Source: Candidatus Marinacidobacterales bacterium
GTDB lineage: Bacteria; Acidobacteriota; Vicinamibacteria; Marinacidobacterales; SMYC01
Direction of reading: 5' to 3'
DNA length: 64,000 nt
NCBI GenBank assembly: GCA_965237955.1
Contig: OZ250169.1
Coordinates: 3,840,001-3,904,000, forward strand
The position numbers were made by a program, and so were the translations under genes. This document shows positions 31,930-42,019 of this stretch, in pieces. Under the pieces are notes generated by a model. The model saw only the letters and a program-made list of their open reading frames with translations. It had not been told where the DNA came from and did no database searches. Each line of letters opens with the position of its first letter. Position 1 is the first letter of the stretch.

Positions 31930-33118
31930 TGTACTTTTCCCGGACCAGCTTGGCCGTTTCCAGGTTCCGCGGCTCGAGAGTTGCGACGAGGTCGGCGTAG
32001 ACGAGAATTGGGGGAGCGACGTCGGGCATCTGTGGATCGGCGGGGAAATTCCAGAACTTCTCGAGAATGTCGATGTTGCCGTTGAGCTCGGCTCGCAACC
32101 GGTGCCGTTCGACCAATTGGGTTAGCGGGTTTGGATCCCGCTCGGGTGGGATGTATATCGTAGCGGTGGCCGGTTGGAGGTAGTTTGTGAGGTGATCAGC
32201 CGCGACCTCTCCACCCCAGACGGCGCCCAGTTCGTTGAGCTGCGCCGTTTTCCACCAGTCTGCATCTTGGGCTCGGAAGCGGCGAGGGTTGAGTTTTGGG
32301 CGAAGCTTGATCGGGTAGTTGGTAACCCAAATTTCGAACAAGCGGAACGGCTCGAGAATACGCCGGTTTCGCTTGCGTTGCCCATCAATGTTGCGGCGAC
32401 CCAGCTTGGGGCGCCCGCCGGTGAGATAGCCCATCTTGTGGAGATCTTGGAAAACCCGTCCTACGGCGCCGAGGGCGACCCCGGTGGCATCCGTGATCTC
32501 CCGGTACGGTGCATTCAACAATTGAGGCCGACATAGCAACGCGAACACCACGCGCAACGCGGTCGCCGTGCCCACGCCGCGCACACCCGCTGCTGTGGTG
32601 GTGCCGCGTTTGGGTTTCTGCCCAGTGATGAATACGTACAGTCCGGGGAATCGGAGGTATGCGTTTCCGACCGCGTCGATAAAGGGTACGTCCAGTTCAC
32701 GGCACTTCCTGGCGATCACGTCGGTGATGTAGGGAGCAAACAGTAAGCCGGGTTCGTCGAGTCGGTCTTTGACCAACCTGATTGCTTCGACTCGATCCAA
32801 CGTAGTCTGTGCGTGCACGGCGACGCGATACTCGCGACCTTCGAGGCGGAGCTCCAAGGCGACATCAGCGGGACGGCCGTTCCCTCCCGGGGCAGCGGGC
32901 AACATTCGGGCTTCCAGGCCAGTGGCCTGTCTTAGAGCTTCTAGAGCTAGTCCCCTGGATCTTTGATTACTATACAAAGTTAGGCTTTTCGCCAGCCCAT
33001 AAGATTCATAAGATTCATGCACTTAGAAGGGTTTCGGCAAGCTCTGCTTTATCTAGTTTGTTCTGATACAGGGGACTAGCTCCAATTGGTCCGGCGGTAA
33101 CTTTACTTTGGGTGGCAT
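31904..33118 (-). pseudogene. AbiEi-family antitoxin with MITE in its 5' end
   Basis: APYIT, FIDAVGNAYL, YPIKLRPKL, WGGEVAA, PILVYADL; removing MITE gives MPPKVKLPPDQLELALEAL. Confidence 0.8.
32947..33079 (+). mobile_element. 133-bp MITE copy 3
   Basis: Matches copy 1; CTAG at both ends. Confidence 0.93.
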
Positions 33119-33136
33119 TTTCCCAGCAGGCCTTTT

Positions 33137-33189
33137 TGTTCATTATATAGTAATGTTCACGTAACGTGAACATTTTAATTTAATGAACA
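33137..33189. promoter_or_regulatory. Nested palindromic operator upstream of the abiE operon
   Basis: AATGTTCACGT-A-ACGTGAACATT (33152-74) inside TGTTCATTA...TAATGAACA. Confidence 0.7.
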
Positions 33190-33607
33190 TTGTAAGGTCA
33201 ATAATTAAGCAAGCTGTTTAAATATAGATATTTTAAAATGGTTATATTGTGACGCATCGACGGAAGACAAATCAGGACTCATGCTTAGAATCAGGCCCTA
33301 TTAATGAACATTCTAAAGAGCTGGAAAATTGAGCAATCCCAATGTCCTGGCTGCTTCCAGGGCCGTATGGTGCAGAAACTCGGCCGATCATCCGTATGGT
33401 GCAGAAACTCCCCGTTGCTGGAGAACCCCGTCCTCAGTCTCCGATCTCCTTCCGCACCACATCTTCTTTGCGTCAACAGGGAGAATAACCGCATTAATCG
33501 CCGGTTTCGGTTCGGCGTGGATTGGGATTGGAAACGGGCCCGCTTTTGTGAATACTGTTTCCCTTGAACTGGCAGTGGTCCCGATGAGAACTACGGAGGA
33601 GGGGACG

Positions 33608-34636
33608 ATGACCGTGCGAGTGTTATGGGCACCGCTCATCTTGTGGCTATTTTGCTCGAGCGCCCTGGCACTCGATGGCACACTGCTCGTTTCCAACAGA
33701 TCCGGGGGAAGTATCTCATTCATCGATCTGACTACGGGTGTAGAGATTGCGCGCGTACCTGTCGGCCCGATCATTCCCCATGAGGTGGCGGTGTCGCCCG
33801 ACGGGCGATTGGCCCTGACGGCAGAGTACGGCCCCAACTCCGACCCCGGCCGCCGCGTGATCCTCATCGACGTCGCGACGGCCAGCATTATCGGGCGCAT
33901 CGATCTCGGCCCTGACTCGCGGCCCCACACGGCTCGGTTTCTGCCGGATGGACAACACGCCGTCGCCACCATGCAGGATTCGGATCAGCTTGCACTGCTG
34001 GATCTGGCCAGCATGCAGGTTGTGCGCAAGTATCCGACCGGAGGCCGCGAGGGCCACATGGTACGGCTGAGTCCGGATGGCTCGCGCGCCTACGTCACCA
34101 GCCGGGGCGCGGAGGGTACGCTGTCGGTGATCTTTTTGAATGAGGAACGGGCACCTGTTGTCATCGAGACCGGACTGGGTGCGGAAGGACTCTCCGTGAC
34201 ACCCGATGGCAGCGAAGTCTGGGTGGTGAATCGGGCGGTGGAGTCGATCTCGATTATCGATACGGAGTCACTAGAGGTGGTCGCGACCATCGGCTCCCGG
34301 CCCCTCGCAGGGCGGATCGAGATGAGTCCCGATGGGCGCGCGATCGTACCCAACGGGAGTAGCGCGGCGCAGGTCCCACAATACCTGCGAGTGTTCGATG
34401 TGGAGTCCAGGCAAATGCTCACAGAGGTGCCGCTGCGCGACGCTCAGCCCCAAGCAGGCAACTTCGGTGTGCTCATTCACGATGGCTTGGTTTTTGCGAG
34501 TGATCCCCGGGCCGGCACGATCCACACTTTCAACTTGGATGCGATGAATCAGCGGGAGGTGCTGGTGATGAATCACGACGCTCCGGACGGGATGGCCTGG
34601 ACACCGGTCCGCGTGAACGTTATGACTAAGCCATAA
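33608..34636 (+). CDS. Secreted YVTN/YncE-type beta-propeller protein
   Basis: Signal peptide; repeats PHEVAVSPDG, LSPDGSRAYVT, VTPDGSEVWV; GGAGG RBS. Confidence 0.85.
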   Translation: MTVRVLWAPLILWLFCSSALALDGTLLVSNRSGGSISFIDLTTGVEIARVPVGPIIPHEVAVSPDGRLALTAEYGPNSDPGRRVILIDVATASIIGRIDLGPDSRPHTARFLPDGQHAVATMQDSDQLALLDLASMQVVRKYPTGGREGHMVRLSPDGSRAYVTSRGAEGTLSVIFLNEERAPVVIETGLGAEGLSVTPDGSEVWVVNRAVESISIIDTESLEVVATIGSRPLAGRIEMSPDGRAIVPNGSSAAQVPQYLRVFDVESRQMLTEVPLRDAQPQAGNFGVLIHDGLVFASDPRAGTIHTFNLDAMNQREVLVMNHDAPDGMAWTPVRVNVMTKP

Positions 34637-34654
34637 GGAGTTGGAGTAGACGCC

Positions 34655-34915
34655 GTGAATAAGATCGCCGTCGTGCTGTTGTCGCTGTTTAGTTGGCCCT
34701 TGGCGGCGCAGGACGCGCCCCGCTTCGAAGTCGACCCTTCTTGGCCCGGGTCCTTGCCCGACGGCTGGATTAACGGGCAGGTTGGCGGCGTCTGCGTCGA
34801 CGCTCACGATCACATCGCTATCGTCGATCGCCGGAACATCACCGAAGAGGGGACTGAAACCTCCATCGCGCCACCGCCGATCCTCATGTTCGACATGATC
34901 GGTAACCTGGTGGCG
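34655..34915 (+). pseudogene. NHL-repeat protein N-terminal fragment
   Basis: PRFEVDPSWP.LPDGWING QVGGVCVD..HI; truncated after MFDMIGNLV. Confidence 0.65.
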
Positions 34916-35351
34916 TCAGGTGTGGTTCGCCACTACAGCAAAAAACCTTCACTTCTGATTCCAGAGGCCGTTGATGTCGAGCACGTCGTCGTCGATGAGC
35001 CCGTTGCTGCGGTCTACGAGCGTTGCGATGGCCGGCATTGGCCAACAGCGCCGGCGGTCCAGTAGTCTGCCAAAACTCGGTCGACAACGAAGAGGCGCTA
35101 CTACAACGGTGCGCCGGGAGGTTGTCGTGAAGCAAATCGTCGAGCATGTCGGAAACTGCCACGGTCCTGGGCATTCTTCTCTGTGTCGTGGCGGGAGTCG
35201 CACGCGCCGTGGGGCTCACCATGTCGTAGGTTTCGAGGCGATGACCCTCTACGTGGGAGGCATGGGGCTCATGCTCATGGCGTGCCTCGCGAAACTCCAC
35301 CTGCCGTCGAGTCCGGGAAACTGAATCGTCCTCTTAGCGACGAACCCCGGA

Positions 35352-36119
35352 CTACGGCATATATCGTCCGCCGTTGACGTGAACGGTCTGGCCGGTGACG
35401 TAGACGTCGCTCGGGTCGCTGAGGGCGAGGACGGTGCGGGCGACGTCGCGGCTCGTGCCGACGGGGCGGTCTTGACCTTTCTCGCCGCGGTGCGGGTTGG
35501 ATTGGCCGGGGCGGCGCTCGGTTGCGATGAGTCCCGGCACGACGGCGTTTGCGCGGATGCGTCCGAGTCCTTCTTCAGCGAGCGCACGCGTGAGCCCAAT
35601 GAGCCCGCTCTTCGCCGCGATGACGTGGGCGCGGTCCTTCGCGGGACGATGAGCGCTCAGGCCACCGAGGTTGACGATCGCGCCCATACGGTCCTCGGGC
35701 AGTCTTCGAAAGAGCTCGCGCGAGGTGAGAAATGCTCCGGTGAGGATGACGTCGATCGCGCGCGACCAACTCTCACGGCTGAGCTCCGCGAAGGGCTCGT
35801 GCGGTCTCGTAGCTGCACCATTCACGAGGATCGAAACAGTTCCGAGACGCTCCTGCACCTTCTCGAAGAGGTCGATGACGGAGGATTCGTCGGCGACGTC
35901 GAGGAGCTCGCCCATGGCGTCGCGTCCGTCGGGCCCGTTGGAATTGAGCCGAGCGACCGCCGAAGTGATCGCCTCTCGATCCGAGAGGCCGACGATGCAG
36001 ACGCGAGCGCCAGCGCTTCGGAACGCTTCCGCGATCGCGAGTCCGATATTACGGCTGCCACCGGTGACGATCGCGGTCTCGCCGCGGAGGTCGACGTTCC
36101 AGCTCATGGCGGTGCTCAC
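35352..36119 (-). CDS. SDR family oxidoreductase
   Basis: VTGGSRNIG, AAKSGLIGLTRALA, NAVVPG, VTGQTVHVNGG. Confidence 0.9.
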   Translation of the reverse strand: MSTAMSWNVDLRGETAIVTGGSRNIGLAIAEAFRSAGARVCIVGLSDREAITSAVARLNSNGPDGRDAMGELLDVADESSVIDLFEKVQERLGTVSILVNGAATRPHEPFAELSRESWSRAIDVILTGAFLTSRELFRRLPEDRMGAIVNLGGLSAHRPAKDRAHVIAAKSGLIGLTRALAEEGLGRIRANAVVPGLIATERRPGQSNPHRGEKGQDRPVGTSRDVARTVLALSDPSDVYVTGQTVHVNGGRYMP

Positions 36120-37552
36120 GATGCGAGGAGGCGCGTGAGCTCACGCACGGACTCGAGCTCCTCGAGGTGGCTTACGGTCTCGACGATTTGCTCGGTGCGC
36201 TCGGCGTCCCAATTCGCGAACCGCGCGCACCCGCGGAACTTGTCGGCGACCTCGTCGTAGCTCATGGGGTTCGCGGGGCTTCCTTTACCGAAGTCGGCGC
36301 GGCCCGACATGGTTCTACCGTCCTTCAGTCGAATGTCGATGATGGTGGTCATCTTGTTGTAGCCTGCCGCCTCGGCTTCGGGGTGCACCCCGAAATGCAC
36401 CTTGCGGATCATGTCCTGGACGTCGGACCGGTTCACGACCTCGTCGAGGAATTCGGTGAGCCCGCCGCGGCGCTCGAGCAGCAAGATGGCCATGCAGAAC
36501 TCCATCGAGAACTTCGCCTGGAGCTCGGTGGTCGGCTGATGGTGGATGAGCGCGTTCGGCATGTTGTGATTGGTGCCGACATCGACGCGTTCGACGTCGT
36601 CGGGGGCGATGTCGTGCTCGAGAATGAGCTCGAGCATCGTGGTCATGCCGGGGTGGGTGAGGGATCCCGAGGGATGCGGCTTGATGGAGACACCAGGGTC
36701 GAGAAGGGTCCAAGGCTCTCCGAGCTTTCCCTGGATCGCGTCGAGCGCGTAGCCTCCGCCGTGCGCTTGAAAGAACCCTCGGGGGGATTCGAGGATGCGG
36801 TCGGTCGCGGTGAACCCATCTCGAGCGAGATCGGTTGCGAGAACGCCGGACTCAGCTGCGCGGCCGGCGTGGAACGGTTTCGTCATGGTGCCGAAGTTCT
36901 CCCGCAGCCCGCCCGCTTGGCTCGCCGCGACTGCTAAGGCGCGAAGCGTCGGCGCGAGGCCGAGTCCATAGAGCTTCGACGCGGCTGCGGCCGAGGCGAG
37001 GGTTCCGCAGGTCGCCGTGGAGTGAAAGCCGTGCTGATAGTGCCTCGGGGACATGGCTTCCGAGACTTTGCACTCAACCTCGACCCCGAGATGGTAGGCA
37101 AGGGTCAACTCTCTGCCCGACGCGTCGTCTTGCTCCGCGATGGCGAGAGCGGCCGGCAGGCAGGGTGCGGTGGGATGGGTGAGTAGCCCATAGACACGAT
37201 CGGCGCCGACGGCAAGCTGTGTGTCGTCGTAGTCGTCCGCGTGCACGCCAATGCCGTTGGCGAACGCGGCGAAACGCGGAGGGATTTTAAAGTCCGTCCC
37301 GATGACGCTGGCGTCACCGGTAAGCTTCTGCGATTTCAAATACCTCTGGATGATGTGGCCACTTGCCGCAACCGAACCCGAAAGCGCGAGCCCCAGCCCG
37401 TCGAGGATCGATTTACGGCCGAGCTCCAAGAGCTCCGCGGGCAGCGCGTCGAAGCCCGTTTCGACGACGAACGTAGCGACCTCGCGGGTGAGCCCCTCCC
37501 CTCGCCGGGTGTCGATATCGGGAGTGAAGTGTTGAATTGGTGGCATTACCAA
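36116..37552 (-). CDS. MmgE/PrpD family protein
   Basis: HADDYDD, HPT, GFHST, KPFHAG, KPHPS, AKFS, KGSPANP. Confidence 0.9.
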   Translation of the reverse strand: MVMPPIQHFTPDIDTRRGEGLTREVATFVVETGFDALPAELLELGRKSILDGLGLALSGSVAASGHIIQRYLKSQKLTGDASVIGTDFKIPPRFAAFANGIGVHADDYDDTQLAVGADRVYGLLTHPTAPCLPAALAIAEQDDASGRELTLAYHLGVEVECKVSEAMSPRHYQHGFHSTATCGTLASAAAASKLYGLGLAPTLRALAVAASQAGGLRENFGTMTKPFHAGRAAESGVLATDLARDGFTATDRILESPRGFFQAHGGGYALDAIQGKLGEPWTLLDPGVSIKPHPSGSLTHPGMTTMLELILEHDIAPDDVERVDVGTNHNMPNALIHHQPTTELQAKFSMEFCMAILLLERRGGLTEFLDEVVNRSDVQDMIRKVHFGVHPEAEAAGYNKMTTIIDIRLKDGRTMSGRADFGKGSPANPMSYDEVADKFRGCARFANWDAERTEQIVETVSHLEELESVRELTRLLAS

Positions 37553-39057
37553 CCTTTCGAACTTTGTCGAAGCCGTTTCACGAATGTGCGTGTCAACCTA
37601 GTAAGTGGCGTAAGTGACGTAAGGATACTTCCAAGGGCCAGGACGAAGAAACCCATCGCCACCGGGCGGCCGAAGAAACCGCTCCAATGGTGATCGAAGA
37701 GAATCATCGATTGAGCAAGCGATGTCTCGACGAGCCCGCCGAGAACGAGCCCCATGATGATGGGAGCCGCGGAAAACCCGTGCCGCTTGAGGACGAAGCC
37801 AACGAGTCCCGCCACGAGCATGATCCAGACGTCGACCATGGACTGCTCGACCCCGTAGGCGCCGACGACACAAAGCGCGAAGACGGTAGGCCACAGCAAG
37901 GAGCGAGGGACCAGGCTGATTCGGGCGAGGAGCTTGGCGCCCGCGAGGCCGACGACGAGAAACAGCAGGTTCGCGAGAAGCATGGAGAAGAAAATCCCGT
38001 AGAGCAGATCGGGCTGTTCTTGAAACAAATAGGGGCCTGGTCTCAGGCCTTGGACCTGGAGGCCCCCCATGATGACTGCTGCCGTCGCGCTTCCCGGAAT
38101 GCCGAGAGCGAGCGTCGGGACCATCGACCCTCCGGTTGCGGCGTTGTTCGCGGCTTCGGGACCGGCGATGCCCTCGATCGCCCCTTTGCCGAACTGCTCG
38201 GGCTCCTTCGACCAACGTTTGGCCTCGTTGTAGCCGATCATGGCGGCCATGGTGCTGCCTTCCGCGGGGAGCACACCCACGAAGGTACCAATAAAGCAGG
38301 ATCGCAGGATCGTACCCTTCACCGTCCGGAAATCTTCCCATGACGGAAGCTTCGTCGCCGACACGCCGATCCGCTCGAACTTTGCGCCTACAGTCCCGGC
38401 CTGAGTTAGCACCTCCGCCACCGCGAACAAGCCGATCAGCACCGGGATGAAATGGATCCCGTCGTAGAGCTCGGGAATCCCGAAGACGAAGCGCTCCACT
38501 CCCGTGGTCAAGTCCACGCCGACGGTCGCGACCATCAGCCCGAGACACCCGCCAATCAGATTCTTCAACGGGGCGTCACCGCCGATCGTCGAGAGCATGG
38601 AGAGTCCGAATACGGCGAGGGCGAAGTACTCCGCGGGTCCGAAACTGTAGGCCACCCGTGCCAGGAGCGGAGCCGCGAAAAGCAACACGATCACGCTGAA
38701 GACACCGCCAAGGGTCGAAGCGAAGGCCGCCATGCCCAGAGCGCGTCCGGCCTCGCCCTTGAGTGCCATTGGATAGCCGTCGAACGCCGTCGCCGCGGCC
38801 GGCGAAGCACCGGGCGCGTTGATCAGGATGGCCGTGATCGAGCCTCCGAAGGTGCCGGCGCAATAGAGCGCCGAGAGCAGCGCGATCGCGGGCACGGGTT
38901 CAAGGTAGAGCGACAACGGCAGCAAAAGCGCCACTGCCATCGAAGACGAAAGACCAGGTAGCGCGCCGACGAGAACCCCTCCGAGGGTTCCCGCGACGAT
39001 TAAACCGACGACGACGGGATCCGTCACCAGCGCGACAGCAATCTCTAAATCGGGCAC
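37546..39057 (-). CDS. tctA: Tripartite tricarboxylate transporter large permease
   Basis: GALPGLS, AILINAPG, DGYPM, PEAANNA, LALGIPG. Confidence 0.92.
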   Translation of the reverse strand: MPDLEIAVALVTDPVVVGLIVAGTLGGVLVGALPGLSSSMAVALLLPLSLYLEPVPAIALLSALYCAGTFGGSITAILINAPGASPAAATAFDGYPMALKGEAGRALGMAAFASTLGGVFSVIVLLFAAPLLARVAYSFGPAEYFALAVFGLSMLSTIGGDAPLKNLIGGCLGLMVATVGVDLTTGVERFVFGIPELYDGIHFIPVLIGLFAVAEVLTQAGTVGAKFERIGVSATKLPSWEDFRTVKGTILRSCFIGTFVGVLPAEGSTMAAMIGYNEAKRWSKEPEQFGKGAIEGIAGPEAANNAATGGSMVPTLALGIPGSATAAVIMGGLQVQGLRPGPYLFQEQPDLLYGIFFSMLLANLLFLVVGLAGAKLLARISLVPRSLLWPTVFALCVVGAYGVEQSMVDVWIMLVAGLVGFVLKRHGFSAAPIIMGLVLGGLVETSLAQSMILFDHHWSGFFGRPVAMGFFVLALGSILTSLTPLTRLTRTFVKRLRQSSKGW

Positions 39058-39065
39058 TTGGAGAT

Positions 39066-39551
39066 CTAACGGAGCACGCCCTCGGGAAAGCGCATGCCGA
39101 GACCGACGGCGAAGATCAGGTAGATGCTCAATGGAAGACCTACGGCGAGGAGCGCGATCCTCAGGGCGCGGCGCTCACCCCAGCAAACCGGGAGCACGAT
39201 CGACGCGAGGCACACCGTGGCCAGCATGCCGAGCCGTGGGACGAGCATGACGGTAAGCGTGATCGCGGCCGCCGTCACGAAAACCGCGGATGAGACTTTT
39301 TCTCGGGGCTCTCCTCTTCGTTTCGAGCCACTCACGACGAGCACTACGCTCAACGCGGCGATGACGGCTAGCACCAATCGCGGGAAGAACGTCGGCGGAA
39401 TGTTCTGAGACAGCATCGCGGGCACTTCTCGAAACGTCGTCGTATTCCACCCAACGAGGCCACACAACGCGAGGAGCGCGGCGCCGACGTAAACGTCCGG
39501 ATGCAGCTTCGAGCCTTTCCTCTCGGCGGCTTCGTTACTCATGGGTGCCAC
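39066..39551 (-). CDS. tctB: Tripartite tricarboxylate transporter small subunit
   Basis: PTFFPR, four TM segments, position between tctC and tctA. Confidence 0.85.
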   Translation of the reverse strand: MAPMSNEAAERKGSKLHPDVYVGAALLALCGLVGWNTTTFREVPAMLSQNIPPTFFPRLVLAVIAALSVVLVVSGSKRRGEPREKVSSAVFVTAAAITLTVMLVPRLGMLATVCLASIVLPVCWGERRALRIALLAVGLPLSIYLIFAVGLGMRFPEGVLR

Positions 39552-39580
39552 GTGCTGTAGCGAACGGCCCTAGTCTTGGT

Positions 39581-40561
39581 CTAGTTCTCGATGATGCCGA
39601 GTTCGATCATGGACTTGCGTGCCTGTCGGTAGAGTCGTGCGATCTGAGCGTCCCATACTGCTCTCCCGGCGACGGAGCTCACATCGAGGCCAGCCCCCTT
39701 CAAATAGCCCTGGTACGTGGGATGCTCCATGCCTTTCAACAACGCTTTCTCGAGGACTTGGATCCGATCCTTGGGTGTGCCCCGCAAAACGACGTAACCT
39801 CGTACAGTCGAGAATTGGACGTCGTAGCCGAGCTCGACGGTTGTGGGTACGTCCGCGATGGCCGCCATGCGCCGGTCGGCCATCACCGCCAACGCTCGGA
39901 AGTCGCGCCGCCGGATCTGGTCCAACCCCTCGGTGAGGTTCAGACCTGCGGCATCGATATTACCGCCCATGAGATGAGTTACGACTTCTCCGCCCCCGCC
40001 GAACGGCACAACACTCAGACGCGTATCCGCCGTTTTGGCGAGGACGGCGCCGGCGACGTGGTCGACCCCTCCAATCTGGGTCGCGCCCCACTTGATGGGA
40101 CGGCGACGTCCGAGCTCGATCAGGTCTTGGAGTGTCTGGATGTTCTCGCTCGCGCGAACCATGACGACGATGGGATCGTCCGTCGCGCGCGCGATGCCGA
40201 CCAAGTCCTCGATCTTGAGCGGACCCTGACCGCGCGCGATGGCGAAGAGATGCGTTGGAGTGATGCCCATGAGCGTATGGCCGTCGCGCGGCCGCACACT
40301 CACGTAGCTCATTGCCACGAGTCCTCCGCCGCCGACCTTGGGCAACACCGCCATGTCGACCCCGAGCGCCTCTCGAGTACCGACGAGCATCGTGCGAGCG
40401 GTGGAGTCGGTCCCGCCCCCGGGGGAAGCGTGGGTAACGACGTCGATGGGTCGGGATGGAAACGATTCCGGTGGCGCGGCATTTGCGAGCATGGCGCTTC
40501 CAACCAGCAGACCGCCGGCGAGCCAGGTTGTGGCGGCACGAGTAGCGCGAAAGTGGAACAT
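39581..40561 (-). CDS. tctC: Tripartite tricarboxylate transporter substrate-binding protein
   Basis: FPSRPI..SPGGGTD, DGHTL, VPFGGGG, DVPT..ELG. Confidence 0.9.
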   Translation of the reverse strand: MFHFRATRAATTWLAGGLLVGSAMLANAAPPESFPSRPIDVVTHASPGGGTDSTARTMLVGTREALGVDMAVLPKVGGGGLVAMSYVSVRPRDGHTLMGITPTHLFAIARGQGPLKIEDLVGIARATDDPIVVMVRASENIQTLQDLIELGRRRPIKWGATQIGGVDHVAGAVLAKTADTRLSVVPFGGGGEVVTHLMGGNIDAAGLNLTEGLDQIRRRDFRALAVMADRRMAAIADVPTTVELGYDVQFSTVRGYVVLRGTPKDRIQVLEKALLKGMEHPTYQGYLKGAGLDVSSVAGRAVWDAQIARLYRQARKSMIELGIIEN

Positions 40562-40858
40562 CAACCCTCCCTGAAATGGCTCGCTTAGGCCCCTAGCTCG
40601 CGACGCGCGCAAGGATAGCATGCGCTCGAAGCACCTGTCTTTCTTGAGTTCGTTCTTGTTTTTGGACACGACGAGTTGACCGAGGCTTTCCCAAGAGCCT
40701 TTTGATGTGAAGTTGGAAGGAGACGTTGCTTTTGGAGTATCGAGACGAGTCCGAGCAGGAGTGGCCCGACGGACTTCACTTGTTCAGGAGCGACGCCATG
40801 TCAACAATGAGAACCGACGACAGCACCGAGCGAAGGGCCACCAGCGCATCGCGCAGGA

Positions 40859-41914
40859 CTACGGCCTCACTCTGACGTATTTCTGCAGCGTCCGGGGGCG
40901 GGGCTCCCCGCCGTACAGGTTGCCGTCGCGATCCACCGCAACGAACTCCGCCCCATTCCCCGTGGTCTTACGCGGATCCCCCCACGGATAGAGAACGAAG
41001 GCGTTCACCCAGCCGGTTCGGGCGTCCCCAATCCTGATCCCCATCTCCCAACCTGGATTCTGCACATCGTCCGACTCCGAGTCGGCCACATAGATCTGGT
41101 CGTTTCTATCGAAGAAGATCCCGCTCGGTCGCCCGAATTGCGTCCAACTGGACAGGAAGTTCCCGTCCTGGTCGAAGATCTGGATCCGGTTGTTCGACCG
41201 GTCGCCCACGAACACCCGCCCTCTGGAATCGATGGCGATGGCGTGCAGCGTCCGGAATTCGCCCGGCCCGTAGCCGGTCTGTCCCCAGGTCTTGATGAAC
41301 GTCCCGTCACTCGAGAACTTCACCACGCGGTTGTTTGTATCGTTGCCATGGCCATCCGCGACGAAAATGTCACCATTGTCAGCCACCACGACAGCGCTCG
41401 GGGCGTTGAAGCTGGACGGACCGTCTCCGGGAACTCCCGGGGTGCCGAGGGTCATCAACACCTCTCCGTCCGGGCTGAACTTGATGACCTGGTGTCCTCT
41501 TGTCCCCTCTGGCGTTCGCGCGGCGCTCACCGCGTCGGTCACCCACACGTTTCCGTCCTGGTCCACGTCGATCCCGTGGGGCCATATAAACATCCCGCTC
41601 CCGAAGCTCTCCACGACATTGCCTTCCAGGTCGAACTCGAGGATCGGGTCCAGATCCGAATCGAGACACTCGTTGCCGAACCGGGCCGGCCAGTCGGTCT
41701 GGTAACATCGCACCACCGCCCAGATATGCTCGCCCTCACGGTCGACCGTCACCCCGCCCACCGCTCCCATCTTCCTCCCGTCGGGAAGCTGGGCCCAGCC
41801 ATCAACAGCGCGATACGGATTCGGGAGGACCTGGGCGAAGGCCTCGACTCCAGTGCCGAGCCCTGTGACGAAGACCAAAGTTACCGCCAACCTCATTCGA
41901 CTTGCAGTCGACAT
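40859..41914 (-). CDS. NHL-repeat (PAL-like) secreted protein
   Basis: PHGIDVDQDGNVWVTD, VADGH..NNRVVKF, VGDRSNNRIQIFD. Confidence 0.88.
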   Translation of the reverse strand: MSTASRMRLAVTLVFVTGLGTGVEAFAQVLPNPYRAVDGWAQLPDGRKMGAVGGVTVDREGEHIWAVVRCYQTDWPARFGNECLDSDLDPILEFDLEGNVVESFGSGMFIWPHGIDVDQDGNVWVTDAVSAARTPEGTRGHQVIKFSPDGEVLMTLGTPGVPGDGPSSFNAPSAVVVADNGDIFVADGHGNDTNNRVVKFSSDGTFIKTWGQTGYGPGEFRTLHAIAIDSRGRVFVGDRSNNRIQIFDQDGNFLSSWTQFGRPSGIFFDRNDQIYVADSESDDVQNPGWEMGIRIGDARTGWVNAFVLYPWGDPRKTTGNGAEFVAVDRDGNLYGGEPRPRTLQKYVRVRP

Positions 41915-42019
41915 AATCACACCTCGCCTCGAAAAGAATGACCAATCCGGGATTTCCATTGTGGCCGGCTCGAATCCCACCATTTAGTGTACGTGGAGAC
42001 CTGAGTCAAGCGCTTTCTC

